Positions 1 through 13,029 of a DNA stretch of 64,000 bases are shown one piece after another. The position numbers and the translations under genes were made by a program. Source of the stretch: Takakia lepidozioides. Taxonomy: Eukaryota > Plantae > Bryophyta. Where the stretch lies: contig CM060734.1 in assembly GCA_030704615.1 (NCBI GenBank), positions 26,598,001 to 26,662,000 of the forward strand. The letters are read 5' to 3'. Within the stretch, counting starts at the first letter, position 1. Each line of letters begins with the position of its first letter. Under the pieces are notes generated by a model that saw nothing but the letters and a program-made list of their open reading frames with translations, did no database searches and was not told the DNA's origin.

Positions 1-3000
1 AGCGACGGCCGGACTTTTTAGGTTTAGGATTTAGGACCTTTTGGGGTTCTTAGTTTTTTTTTTAAAAATATGGTACTGGGGTAGGGTGTTTGTTTTTCTT
101 TATGGTATAGCTTCTTGTTGTGGACCTTCTTGTAGATTGTGACATTCATTTTGATAATTCTCTTGACACCACATTTGTATGTGTTGCTCCAACATATTCA
201 TTGCCTCTCCCTTCTTTCTTGAAAGACTACCAGCCACAGCCATATTTGATAAATCATAGAAATAAGCTACAATATGCATGTACATGTACAATCAATCGAA
301 GGGATGGGTACAGTTTGGTGCGAGAATTATTATGTAGCTTTGATTACGTGTCTTATCAAAGCTACATCGTCATAAATGGCCCGGCCCTCAAAAGACCTCC
401 GAATCATCCTTCACCTCGTTGTCAATGGCCGTGTCTTCATCTCCTTGTTCAACATCCGTATCTTTTGGAGCTTCATCATATAGGGTCCAGGATGCATTCT
501 CCGGGGCGTCATCATCCTCTTCTACCCCCTCTACCCAACCTCCATCATCAGCATCATTATGACCAGTCTCTCCTTCCACCGCAATTGCCTCACCCCATGG
601 AGATCCGAGACCATGATAGATACGTCTTTCTCTTGACTGTGCATGCACAATCACCTTCCAATTTCCCCCTCTTGTTTTGTCATCGGAGAAGAAAACTTGC
701 TCCATGTCTGAAGGCTGTGAAAAATGCTCATCGGAGGGACGATAAGTATGGTTGAGCCTATCTGCATTGACGCGCATGAAACCACAATCATCTTGCACTA
801 GTGTTGCGGAGGGCCCCACAAGATGTGACTGGAACCGCCTTTTTTTAAAGAGAAGAGGCCGGTACCTTGTATACTGAAGTTGGAGTATGCTCTCAAGCTA
901 TCCAATGTACTCAAGTTTGCTCATGGCAGGTCTTGTATCTCCCTTGCCCCACACAGAGTCTTGCCAATATGTGGCACACAAGCCAGAATCAAACATTGTT
1001 TTGCACTTCATGTCAAGAGCACGAATGCGGAAATGACGACCGTGAACCCAAACCGCCGTGTATGAGGTCACGAATTGAGAGGGGTCCCTTGCAATGTCTT
1101 GCACCATATCTGAAACCACCTCACCTTGAGCAACGGTGTCATAAACTGAGGTCCGAAGCCACTGTTGGAATGAACTTAGAGGCTGCAATTCCATGGGCAA
1201 GTCTTGTGAAGGAACATTCCGGCAGCCCGCTCCTCGTCGAGGGCATCTAGTAACCGGCCTTGGATGGTTCCTCCTCCATGCAAACGTCTCATCCTCTCGT
1301 TGTTGAACAAGATTATTGTATCTTGCCTCCCACTCATGTATGGATGGGGTGTTCTTCAGTATGAAGTCATGTGCTTGCTCAATCACCAAGGTCGGCAATT
1401 TTACCCTCTACAATTTTTTGGGCAAAACGATGTCCTTGGTTCGTGCATCCTCCTCTTCCTTCCACATCCGAGGGGCTTTCTCATCCACCCTTGCCATGTA
1501 CTCCGTGCAATAAAACATAGCTTCTTGCAACGTATACCCCTCCGCCATGCTACCCTCCGGGTACGCCATTTGTCTTACAAATGCTTTCAAAGTCTTCATA
1601 TAACGCTCAAGGAAGTACATCCACCAAGAATGAACGGGGCCGACAATTGAAGCCTCTTCCACTAAGTGCACTACCAAGTGCACTTGGATATCAAAGAAGG
1701 AGGGAGGAAGGTTCATCTCCAACATACACATTACATCCGCTGCCTCCTTCTTCATGCGTGGAAAATCCGCTTCCTCCAACTCTTTGGAGCAAATCCACCG
1801 GAATAAGCCTCCCAATCTGTAGATTGTCTCGCAAACCTCGGGAGTCAATGTCCTACGTACTGCAATGGGCAAGGTGTCTTGCAATATATTATGGTAGTCG
1901 TGAGACTTCAAACCATGGACAGTGTCTTTGCTGAATTTTGTACGGAGGGATGATCCATACCCGGTTGGTGTCCGGATAGCACCTATGGTGTCTCTCACTT
2001 TGTTGTATACCTCCTTTGTCCATTGCCAACGTGTGCGCCTATACTTCCACCGTACAACACTCTTTAGGTGCACACCATTTTGTTCGGCCCATAGATGGCA
2101 CATGCGACCCTGCATCTCATTTTGTAGCCACTCCCTTCTTTGCCGGCGTGCCATAAAGAACCCCAAAAAAGGACGAGCAGACATTCTTCTCAATATGCAT
2201 GGGATCTAGAAGATGACGAATCTTCAGGTCCTACATATACCCCCACCCACAAATACTTACACAAATATTTAGACGTGAAAGTGACAATGTAACTCATACA
2301 AAATGTTTAATATCACATGCATGCATAAGGATATTGATGGTGTTTTTGTGGAATATGTACCGCCCAATATGACAACTTGTAGAAGATTGAAAGTCGCTTC
2401 ATGCCGGGTGCGTCCACTTCACTGACTGTGCCCGCATGGGCCTCCTTCCATCGGTCCTCCCAAAACTGCCCGGATGGTGTCACGGGGGGGGGGGGGGGGG
2501 ACGTACTTCCTCTTTGCCATCAAACAAGTGTTTCTCTCTTCTTCTCCATCGATGGCTCATAGGAAGAAACTTGCGGTAGTTGGGATACACCATCTTGTGA
2601 AGATGGCGGGAGCTATGTGCATCAAGATCATCGCCACAATGCAAGCATGCATGGTACCATTTGGTGCTTAGCCCCGAGCAAACAGTTAGTCCTGTACACA
2701 TCCCCCCACATTAGCAAAGACAAAAAGTTTTCATGTGCATGGCCCATAATGCCATTTACCCCCACTATGGTGCACAAGACTGTTGCCGCTACTTCTATCA
2801 ATCCCAATCCTCATCGATATTATCCGACCTTGACAAGTGAATGTACGCGGGTTCTTCATGGGGAACATAGTATACATGGATAATCATGCATTGTCCAAAG
2901 CAAGATGCCTCTCATCTGAAAAGATTGTCCGGCCATAGGGTCAAGTGAAGCATCCAATGTCGGGACCCCCCTCCATAGCTCCTTAAGTTCATCAACTAGA

Positions 3001-3103
3001 GGTCGCAAGTACGTGTCCATGTTTGCCACTTGATTTTTCCCTATGAGACATTCACATCAGTGTTTCAATGTTCCACCAATATGCAAATTATACTACATAA
3101 TGA
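1..3103 (-). mobile_element. CACTA/En-Spm fragment: 3' half of TNP2 transposase plus 3' subterminal region, an inverted copy of ~9839-13039; continues off the left edge
   Basis: Minus-strand peptides HGLKSHDYHNILQ, LPPSFFDIQVHLVVHLVEE and YPEGSMAEGY are typical of CACTA Transposase_21/DUF4218/DUF4216. Nucleotide reverse-complement match to 9839-13039 ends at ~3103. Frameshifts and stops are present. Confidence 0.93.
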
Positions 3104-3807
3104 GCAGTCACACTTGCAATGGACAGGTTGCCTAAGCGATGGGAGGCGGAGCTCCGCCTCCCCCCTTCGTAATCTAGCTATGTCTTTAGTCATGATTATC
3201 TTTTTAGGGTTCGGCTATCTCTGCTCTCTTTTTACCCTATCCACTTCGCAAGCTGGCACTGCCGCCACTCTAGCCATGACTATTGTGGACGTAGCGAGCT
3301 CCTCAGCCGCCATAGCTTTTTCGTTGCTTTACGTGTTATGTTGGCTCTCTCTGCCCCCCCGTCTACACCCCCTCTATCACTCTCAAGCATACCATGTGAA
3401 GACAATCTTAACACGCAGATTTTGGTGCAAGCAAGGCGTTTCCAGCCACATTATTACCACTCCAACAGAGGATAGCTACACGCATGCCTATCCTAAAAGA
3501 CTCGCCTGCAACAGGCAATTTGCGCTCTACCCATCTCAGCGCGGCATAATGGTATACACATTTTCCATCGTGTCTCTGTTTTTACATGGATTCTACTTAG
3601 TCTGCTACTCATTACGAATTCCCAGGCCAGCCCGTGCCTCCAAAAGACGACGTTCCATCACCTTCATATCAGGCCAAGTCCGGGGACAAACTCTATGCAT
3701 GAGCACCACACCTCCGGTACCACTCACTACGAGTGGAAGGTTAATCTACATACATCACGAGCGACCACTATGATGCTTCAGCTAGCGACCTCAAAAGTAC
3801 GTGAGCG

Positions 3808-3868
3808 TGCTCACATGAGCTGCTCACATGAGCTGCTCACATGAGCTGCTCACATGAGCTGCTCACAC
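3808..3868. repeat. 13-bp tandem repeat (GCTCACATGAGCT)x~4.5
   Basis: Seen directly in the sequence. Confidence 0.9.
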
Positions 3869-5787
3869 GGTAGCTACCCTCGGACTGGGAAATCCTGTTT
3901 AGAATTGTGGAGATGTAGTCTCTGACCTGATGTGTGGACATGATATATAAGGCCCGGGGGGTGTCCCATGAGGGGTACCTGATGAGCTGGGGCCATATGT
4001 TGGCATGAGTGTGTTTGCAGATCTGCCTGCAGCTACATACGGAGTTCTCGTCATGCCAGAGTGAGTGGGTTGACTGATATAGATGGGTGGACGAAATGAG
4101 GTGTAGGGTGCAACAGTGGAGGGTAGAGGGATACGACATAACCCGACATACATGGGTCATTCCTAACATAGAGTTAAGTGAGTGGTGTGGTTGAAATCTG
4201 CAGGCATCTTGGTCTATGGGAAGAGAGATAGAGAATTGGGGGTAGGATCTTAGGGGTAGATGATATGAATGGGGGACATGGGTTTTTCAGAGATAGTGGA
4301 TGGCGGCGTAGTGGATGTTGGGAGGGTATCCCAAGAACATCTCTCAGAGATAGTGAGATATGAGGCAATATACAGGGAGGGAAAGGTGAGTGGGGGGAAA
4401 GAGGGGGGAGATCTGTTGTGGCTTATGAAGTGAACATGTAATGACCCTGAACTGTGATGTAATATATATGTTGACTCCATAGACTGGTAAGAGTAGATAG
4501 TGGAGTGAGTACATCTGAATCTTTAGTAGAAGGTCCAATGGTGCCATTTGGGGGTGGGTTGTTGACAACATGCGTCGTTTATGCCCTTGTGCAGACGGGG
4601 ATGATCACGTGGGCACGGAATTGCCCTCCACCAGCTGCAGGGGGTGGCGGCATTTGTAATTTCGAATCTTGGCTGGTCTGGAATCCAGCAACATTCAGTA
4701 GGGTGACAGTCTTGTAAGAACATTCAGGCAGCTGCATCAGCCTTGATGTGATTTATGTAGTTGTATCCCCAAGACCCCGCTAGCACTCCTTGCCTCCAGG
4801 GGTCTGTCATAGTGCTAGATTGACTTGGTGGTGTGGAGTTTAGAACCTGTGTGGTGATGCGATTGGGGTGGGTCAAAGTCGATTTAGACGAGAAGTGGGC
4901 GACTGGGACCTTGATGATCGTTAGCTGCAATGGTTGGTAGCCGGTTCGCGTGTGGTGAAGTAGCAGATTAATCGTGAGCAGAATCCCTTAAGCGTGAGCA
5001 GATTTTAAGCGTGAGCAGATTGGGGAAGCAAAGCCTACAGCCGAGGTAATACAGGGCCTATTGCCGTGGACGCAAACTGTTCTGAATGCAAATTCACGTA
5101 GGCGGCCAGGGACCATTCCATGTCGTGCTCCATGCATTGTGGGATGAATATGTCATAAAAAACGGACGGATGAAAGAGGCATGGATGAATGAAAGAAGGT
5201 GATGGATGGATGATGGATGAATGTGGGATGAACGTGAGTCCTAAAGAGTGGAGGATGCATGGACTGAAATAAAATTGATTGTACGGCAAACACGGCATTG
5301 ACGACAAATTCTATACCCGGGGAAACACGGGGAAACCGTAACTACAAAGGTGTCGCAGGAGGCGACGGCCGGCCTTTCTGGATTTAGGGTTTAGGGCCTT
5401 TTGGGTTTCTTAGTTTTTATTTTATTTATTTATTTTTACATATGGTACTGGGTTAGGGTGCTTGCTTTTCTTTATGGTGCTGGGTTTTGGATTGGCGGTT
5501 TTGGTTGTGGGTCTTGGGGTTAAAAGGATAAACGGTGTAATTAGGATTCACATACCTAAAATGTGGTTCAATCTGATAATCGCAAAGCGCTGGGTCTCAA
5601 CAAATTTTTCCATAGTGTGAGCATCCTGAAGATAGAACGAGAGGAGGGATTTATTGTCTTGGGCTCTAGCACCATAGGGATGCTCCGCCTTTGGTTACCA
5701 ATTTTGAAAGCCCAGAGGCTGAGGCATAGGGTTTTTTTGCCAACGGTTTTTGAGAAATGAAAGTGTTGGTGGTGTGTGTTAATTAGG

Positions 5788-7453
5788 ATGGGATGGTGAG
5801 GAAACATCGACCCGTCTCCCTCGAGGATGGGGAGGTAGTACCACATATCGATTGTGGCCTAGAGCGACAATTTTTCGTGGCGAGGAGGCACCCATTGCAC
5901 CTGATCCAATACAAGCTGTCGGGCACAATCGTAGAAGGGACCGAGGCCAAATTTCAGGTGATGCGGAGGATGTTGACACTCCGGGATTGAGTCGGGCGCG
6001 CCGCGGGTTGCCTCCTCGCGGGCCACCCCGTCCAACCACGTCCACCTTTGACCCCCCCCCGACAGGATTGAGTGTTGGTGCACTAAGTGTTGGGAACGGA
6101 TACCGCCGGGCAGCACCAGACCACCGAGGCGGCGACCGCATGTTGTCGAAAAACATTACAAGAAGAACAAGATTGCAGATGCGGCAAAAGTGAGAGTTTT
6201 TCCCACCCCTCTCATTAACATTCATTTAAGGTACATTTAGGTTTATCTAGTAATATAGTATGATTGGTAAGCATACATGAATCAAAATTACGACATAAGT
6301 ATTGATGTGTCGTTCATTACGCACATTGCAGCCACGACTTGATGCCCAAGCTCGCAATCACATTGCACAGGAGGCATTTCGCGTCGGTCTACTTGTAGAA
6401 TTTGTGCCAGAGCATGTGCCCGATGTGACCAGTTGGTTCCCCCAGCAGTACGTAGATGAGATGCGTAGGGTCGAGGGGTATCGTAGGTGTCGTAGGCGTT
6501 ATGGCCGGCGACGAGCACCCCCCCCCCCCGTCTGTTTCTTTGCCTGATCCACCTCCGGTTGTACCTGATCCGGACGTTGTACCCCCGGCTGCACCTCCGA
6601 CATTACATCCTCAACCACCTCCACTTTCATCTCCTCCGCCAGCAGTACCACCTCCACCTCCACCTCCACGTGCATGTGCCCCCCGAACCCCTAGGAGGGA
6701 TCGGCTTCGCCCTAGGTTTCCTCCCCTTCGGCTTGGGCGGCATGAGCCGGATCCTCGCCCCCGATGGGAAGCGCATAGGACTATGTTACTGAGGACCGTC
6801 CAGCCTCGTTGTTGGGAAAATCATCTCGACCCTTCCACCCCCATCCGAGAAAATGTGGAATTCGAGTATTGGGGGAGACGGTATGTTGTGAGAGCCGCTA
6901 CAGACCATGTTATGGGTCAGGGTTTATTCACGGTCAATGATATTGTGGTTCCTCCTCGGAGAAACAGCATGGTGGACTTGTTTCCCTACTACGGTCCATA
7001 CTACACCTCCGCGGAGTTCCATACATTCGCCTCGAAGCCCCATACATCCTACCCTACATTTTGTGTGTCAACGGACATGATGTGCGTAGACGGGGGTTGT
7101 CTCCCATTGAGATCACATTTTGTGATGGTGACCCCGACATCTTCGGCAATGTTGCTGGGCTGGTCAATAGTTCTTTTGGTCATCCTAGGAGAACCAATGT
7201 AGTATGGGACGAGCGAAGCGATGGGCATGAGAGCTTTTGTGGTCATACGTCAGTATATTGTGAGGGGATGCACATGTTTGTGATGACATGTGCTAGTTAG
7301 ACTATTAGGGCTGGCAGCGAACTATTTGCATCATACGAGTTCTCCCGGGATGATTGGGACCTCCGATTACAGCGTGAGTGGGATGTGTATGATAGAAATA
7401 GGGTTCCTTTGAGACAAGGATCGCGTAGAGGGGCATCGTATATATTCTCATGA
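5788..7453 (+). pseudogene. CACTA passenger gene: Arg/Pro-rich N-terminus plus a SET-domain-like (lysine methyltransferase fold) C-terminus, disrupted
   Basis: Joining frames gives RYVVRAATDHVMGQGLFTVNDI...FPYYGPYY.../YILCVNG...CDGDPDIFGNVAGLVNSS..HPRRTNV...MFVMTCAS*TIRAGSELFASY. These match SET motifs GxGLFA..DI, EYxG, DA..GNxARFxNHS, PN and I..GEEL..Y in order. There are frameshifts at ~6525 (polyC) and ~7050 and a TAG at 7298. A probable intron follows ~6190; the start position is approximate. Confidence 0.72.
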
Positions 7454-8067
7454 TGTACTTTGTATACATCCGATTAATCAATTGATGTAATTTTTTTTCT
7501 TGTTGCTCGTGTGGGTTGCAACTTTGCATATGTGATCTAAACATACTTATGCACATGTGGACCAAATATGAGCTTGAACCAAGTTGATTCAATGGGTCAT
7601 TCTAGTGTTGAACGCAGCTATGTGTCATAGAGACGGAAAATTGTGTTTCGCCTGCAGATGATTTTTTTTTATTCCATTTTCAAGCCATATGCTTAATGAT
7701 AGCATATGCAATGCACATGAAAAATTTGGGAGTAAACAAAAGTCATTTGGACCCATAACCAGATTTTGTTCTCTCATTTGCACTCCAAAGTTGAGTTATT
7801 TTCAACTTCATGTACTCTTTCATAGAGAGTTCTCCAAAAGTGACCCTAGAAACACACTTATTTTTTTTCCAATTTTTTTTTGTCCCATTTTTTGCATGGA
7901 TGTAGTGGTGCAAAGCCCGATGTCGCAGAACAAAATAGAGCTAAAAATAAAATCATTACGCCCCTCAAAACCGCAATCATATTTTTTTAAAATGCAAATA
8001 TTTATTTTAAATTCATTTAAATTCGATTTAATTCAAAATTGGTGCAAGGGTGAGTGCGTCGTTGGGG

Positions 8068-8107
<40 letters not shown>

Positions 8108-8549
8108 TTACCTGCTGGATCTTTGTACAGGTGTTGCACACATATTTAAGCACATATAGGAAAAAATGAAGCTTGAGCCACATCCGTTTGTTGGGTGCAA
8201 TGGCATGAGAGGATTTTCTTTCACATTAATAAACAAAAATTGGTTGATAGGGTGAATGTGTCATTGGGGGGACAAATGATTTTGTTTGGGTTTGAAACTT
8301 TGCATGCGTGTACGTTGCGCACATACATGTAATTATTGAATGACATATTTGATGCACACACACATTGAAGGTTGTTGTTTGCATTTCGCTTATAATGAAG
8401 TGTATGGTTGCAAGGACACATTATAATATATGTCCCTATGTTCATTTGTTCGTATTAGGACTTTGTCCATCCCTTCCCGGTCTTTTCTCTTGGCACCCCA
8501 TCCGAAAACAACCCAAGTACATCAGGCGGGAGCCGTGGGCGAGACGCCG

Positions 8550-11500
8550 CCCCCACGGTACCGGACGATGATGACGATGACAGTGATAGTGACAGTGACA
8601 ACAACAATGAACATGGAATTAACCAGGAGGATGTGCAAGCCATGGAGGATCTCTTAATGTATCATGTGGGCGCTGATGCATCCCATGAAGAGGGAACCCG
8701 GCCAATCGATGATCCTGAAATGGCCCCCTCAAATGACATGGAGAGGGAGGCGAGAACTCCCTTGTACGAAGGGGCGAAAGTGAGTCGACTTTCAACAATC
8801 TTACTTTTGCTCAATCTTCAAATTCGATTTGGCATAAATAATGTTGGGATGTCTGCCATAATGCGAACTATTGCAGACTATAATCCTTGCTCCACACTTG
8901 AAACCCAAGATGCCACGGTCGTGGAAAGAGGCGCGCGAAGTCTTGGACTCTGTGGGGATGGGCTATAAGATTTTTCATGCATGTCCATGTGATAAAACCC
9001 TATACCACGGAGAGGATTCGCATCTCACCAAGTGCCCAAAGTGCAAGAAAGACCGATATCGGGATGATGTCCAAGGGAAAAAAATACCACGCGAGGTATA
9101 AGCGCCATTCCCCCTCGCATGGAGATTATTTTCTTTAATCTTCTCAATGTATGTAAAGTGTATTCCACAAAGTTTAGGGTTTAGAGAGTAGTACTCATGC
9201 AAGATCTGATTGTGGTTTTGGAAAGAGTGAGTGAGGAGTGGAAGGAGCGACGTTTGGTTTTGACCATTCACACCCAAATGAGGGAGAGGCTGCATAAAGG
9301 GAAAGACATAAGGGTGTTGTATTATGTGTGCTAATGGGATGATTACATGTGGGGGGCGTGGGGTATTGCATCCTAGAAAATGCATTACTTTTCGATCATC
9401 CCACGATTGAGGGCACAGTACCGAAGCCCCAAATTGGCCAGACTCGTGAGATGACACGCCTCGCATCGGAGCCCCCCGGGAAAGGTGTGCGGGCCACAAG
9501 ATTCACAAGCATGGAGGCATATTGAAGAGATGTGGCCTTTTCTCTTGGAGGACCCACGACATGTCCACCTCGGCTTCTCCTCGGATGGAGTCAACCCATT
9601 CTCTGTCCAGTCATGTAGTCATGTAGTCATTCCACTTGGCCGGTGACCATGGTGAATTACAACATCCCTCCGTATCTTTCAATTAAAAAATGCCAAATCA
9701 TGTTGGCTGTCATTGTGCCAGATGAGTGTACTCATTTCATGTTTATTATTGCCTTCGACTTTACATTAAACTTCTGATCTTTGACGCAATTCGGATGCAA
9801 GATTGATGAGTGACATAATCATGGAGTAAGACGTGTAATTCATTTTGTAGTATAATCTGCATATTGGTGGAGCATTGAAACAATAATGTGAATGTCTCAT
9901 AGGGAAAAAAACAAGTGGCAAACATGGACACATACTTGCGACCTCTTGTTGATGAACTTAAAGAGCTATGGAGGGGGGTCCCGACATTGGATGCTTCACT
10001 TGACCCTATGACCGGACAATCTTTTCAGATGAGAGGCATCTTGCTTTGGACAATGCAAGATTATCCAGGTATATTATGTTCCCCATGAACAACCCGCGTA
10101 CATTCACTTGTCAATGTCGGATAATATCGATGAAAATTGGGATTGATTGAAGTAGCGGTGACAGTCTTGTGCACCGTAGTGGGGTAGATGGCATTATGGG
10201 CCATGCACATGACAACTTTTTGTTTTGCTAATGTGGCGGGATGTGTAGTACAGGACTAACTGTTTGCTCGGGGCTAAGCACCAAATGGTACCATGCATGC
10301 TTGCATTGTGGCGATGATCTTGATGCACATAGCTCCCGCCATCTTCACAAGATGGTGTATCCCAACTACCGCAAATTTCTTCATATGAGCCATCGATGGA
10401 GAAGAAGAGAGAAACACTTGTTTGATGGCAAAGAGGAAGTACGTCCCCCCCCCCTTATGACACCGTCCGGGCAGTTTTGGGAGGACCGATGGAAGGCGGC
10501 CCATGCGGGCACGGACTGTGAAGTGGACGTGTCCGGCATAAAACGACTTTCAATCTTCTACGAGTTGTCATATTGGGCGGTACATATTCCACAAAAACAC
10601 CGTCAATATCCCTATGCATGCATGTGATATTGCACATTTGGTATGCGTTGCATTGTCACTTTCACGTAAAAAAATTTGTGTAAGTCTTTGTGGGTGGGGA
10701 TATATGTAGGACCTGAAGATTCGTCATCTTCTAGATCCCATGCATATTGAGAAGAATGTCTGCTCGTCCCTTTTTCGGGTTCTTCATGGCACGTCGGCAA
10801 AGAAGGGAGTGGCTGCAAAAAGGCGATTCTCTTGGTGTTAGAAAAGAGCTTGAGGAGCAGGGTCGCATGCTCCATCTTTGGGCCGAACAAAATGGTGTGG
10901 ACCCAAAGGGTGTTGTACGGTGGAAGTATAGGCGCGCACCTTGGCAATGGACAAAGGAGGAATACAAGAAAGTGATAGCCACCAAAAGTGTTGTCCGAAC
11001 ACCAACTAGTTATATTGGGTCATCCCTCCGTATGAAGTTCAGCGAAGAAGTCGGGGTCCATGGTTTGAAGTCTCATGACTACCACAATCTATTGCAAGAC
11101 ATCTTGCCCATTGCAGTACGTGGGACATTGACTCCCGAGGTTCGTGAGACAATCTATAGATTGGGAGGCTTGTTCCGGTGGATTTGCTCCGAAGAGTTGG
11201 AAGAAATAGATTTTCCACGCATGAAGAAGGAGGCGGCGGAGGTAATATGTATGTTGGAGATGCACCTCCCTCCCTCCTTCTTTGACATCCAAGTGCACTT
11301 GGTAGTGCACTTAGTGGAAGAGGCTTCGATTGCCGGCCCCGTTTATTCTCGGTGGATGTACTTCCTTGAGCATTATATGAAGACTTTGAAAGGATTTGTA
11401 AGACAAATGGCGCACCCGGAGGGTAGCATGGCGGAGGGATATACCTTGCAAGAAGCTATGTTCTCTTGCACGGAGTACATAGCAAGGGTGGATGAGGAAG

Positions 11501-12687
11501 CCCTTCGGATGTCGAAGGAAGATGAGGATACACGAACCAATGACATCGTTTTGCCCAAAAAATCGAAGAGGGTAAAATTGCCGACCTTGATGATTGAGCA
11601 AGCGCATGACTTCATACTGAAGAACACCCCATCCATACATGAGTGGGAGGCAAGATACAATAATCTTGTTCAGCAACGAGAGGAGGAGACATTTGCATAG
11701 AGGCGGAACCATCGAAGGCCGGTTACTAGACGCCCACAACGAGGAGCGGGCCGCCGGAATGTTCCTTCACAAAATTTGCCCATGGAATTGCAGCCTCTAA
11801 GTTCATTCCAATAGTGGCTTCGGACTTCAGTTTATGACGCCGTTGCTCAAGGAGAGGTGGTTTCAGATTTGGTGCAAGACATTGCAAGGGGCCCCTCTCA
11901 ATTCGCGACCTCATACACGGCGGTTTGGGTTCACGGTCGTCATTTCCGCATTCGTGCTCTTGACATGAAGCGCAAAACAACCTTTGATTCTAGCTTGTGT
12001 GTCACATATTGACAAGACTCCGTGTGGGGCAAGGGAGATACACGACCTGCTATGAGCAAACTTGAGTACATTGGAGAGCTTGAGAACATACTCCAACTTC
12101 AGTATACAAAGTACCGGCCTCTTCTCTTCAAGGGAAGGTGGTTCCAGCCACATCTTGTGGGGCCCTCCGCAACACTAGTGTAAGATGATTGTGGTTTCAT
12201 GCGCGTCAATGCAGATAGGTTCAACCCTACTCATCGTCCCTCCGATGAGCCTTTTTCACGGCATTTAGACATGGAGCAAGTTTTCTTCTTCGATGACAAA
12301 ACAAGAGGGGGGAATTGGAAGGTGGTTGTGCATGCTCAGCCAAGAGGAAGACGTATCTATTATGGTCTCGGATCTCCATGGGGTGAGGCAATTACGGTGG
12401 ACGGAGAGACTGGTCATAATGATGCTGATGATGGAGGTTGGGTAGAGGGGGTAAAAGAGGATGATGACGCCTCGGACAATGGATCCTGGACCCTATATGA
12501 TGAAGCTCTAGAAGATACGGATGTTGGAGAAGGAGACGAAGACACAGCCATTGACAACGAGGTGGAGGATGATTCAGAGGTGCCTTTTGAGGGCCGGGCC
12601 ATTTATGACGATGACTCTGATGACCAAGAAGACTTGCAGCTTGATGAGGATGAAGAGGCTCCGGATGATGATGTTCAAGTAGATTAG
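8550..12687 (+). pseudogene. CACTA TNP2 (Transposase_21, DUF4218, DUF4216) transposase; intron-containing and disrupted
   Basis: Peptides ARTPLYEG, IFHACPCDKTLY..KCPKC, SSDGVNPF, WPVTMVNYNIPP, MDTYLRPLVDELKELW, LLWTMQDYP, DPMHIEKN, GLKSHDYH and PEGSMAEGY, with multiple frameshifts and stops. Confidence 0.93.
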
Positions 12688-13029
12688 ACACAAAATCAAA
12701 GCTACATAACAATTCTCGCACCGAACTGGACCCATCCCTTCGATTGATTGTACATGTACATGCATATTGTACTTTATTTCTATGATTCATCAAATATGGT
12801 TGTGGCTGGTAGTCTTTCAAGAAAGAAGGCAGAGGCAAAGAATATGTTGGAGCAACACATACAGATGTGGTATCAAGAGAATTATCAAAATGAATGTCAC
12901 AATCTACAAGAAGGTCCACAACAACAAGTTAAACCATAAAGAAAAACAAACACCCTACCCCAGTACCATATGAAAAAAAAAAAAAAACTAAGAACCCCCA
13001 AAGGCCCTAAACCTAAACCTAGAAAGCCC

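Noticed and set aside
5338-5360. AACTACAAAGG as a degenerate left CACTA TIR
   Set aside because: It matches only ACTACA of the right TIR (CACTACAGCAAATGGG), has no ACA TSD, and the long GCGAC array is missing.
120-12973. Numerous antisense and alternate-frame ORFs over the CACTA arms (and over the PPR and L1 regions)
   Set aside because: They are shadow frames of the real TE or PPR coding sequence, repeated only because the DNA is duplicated.
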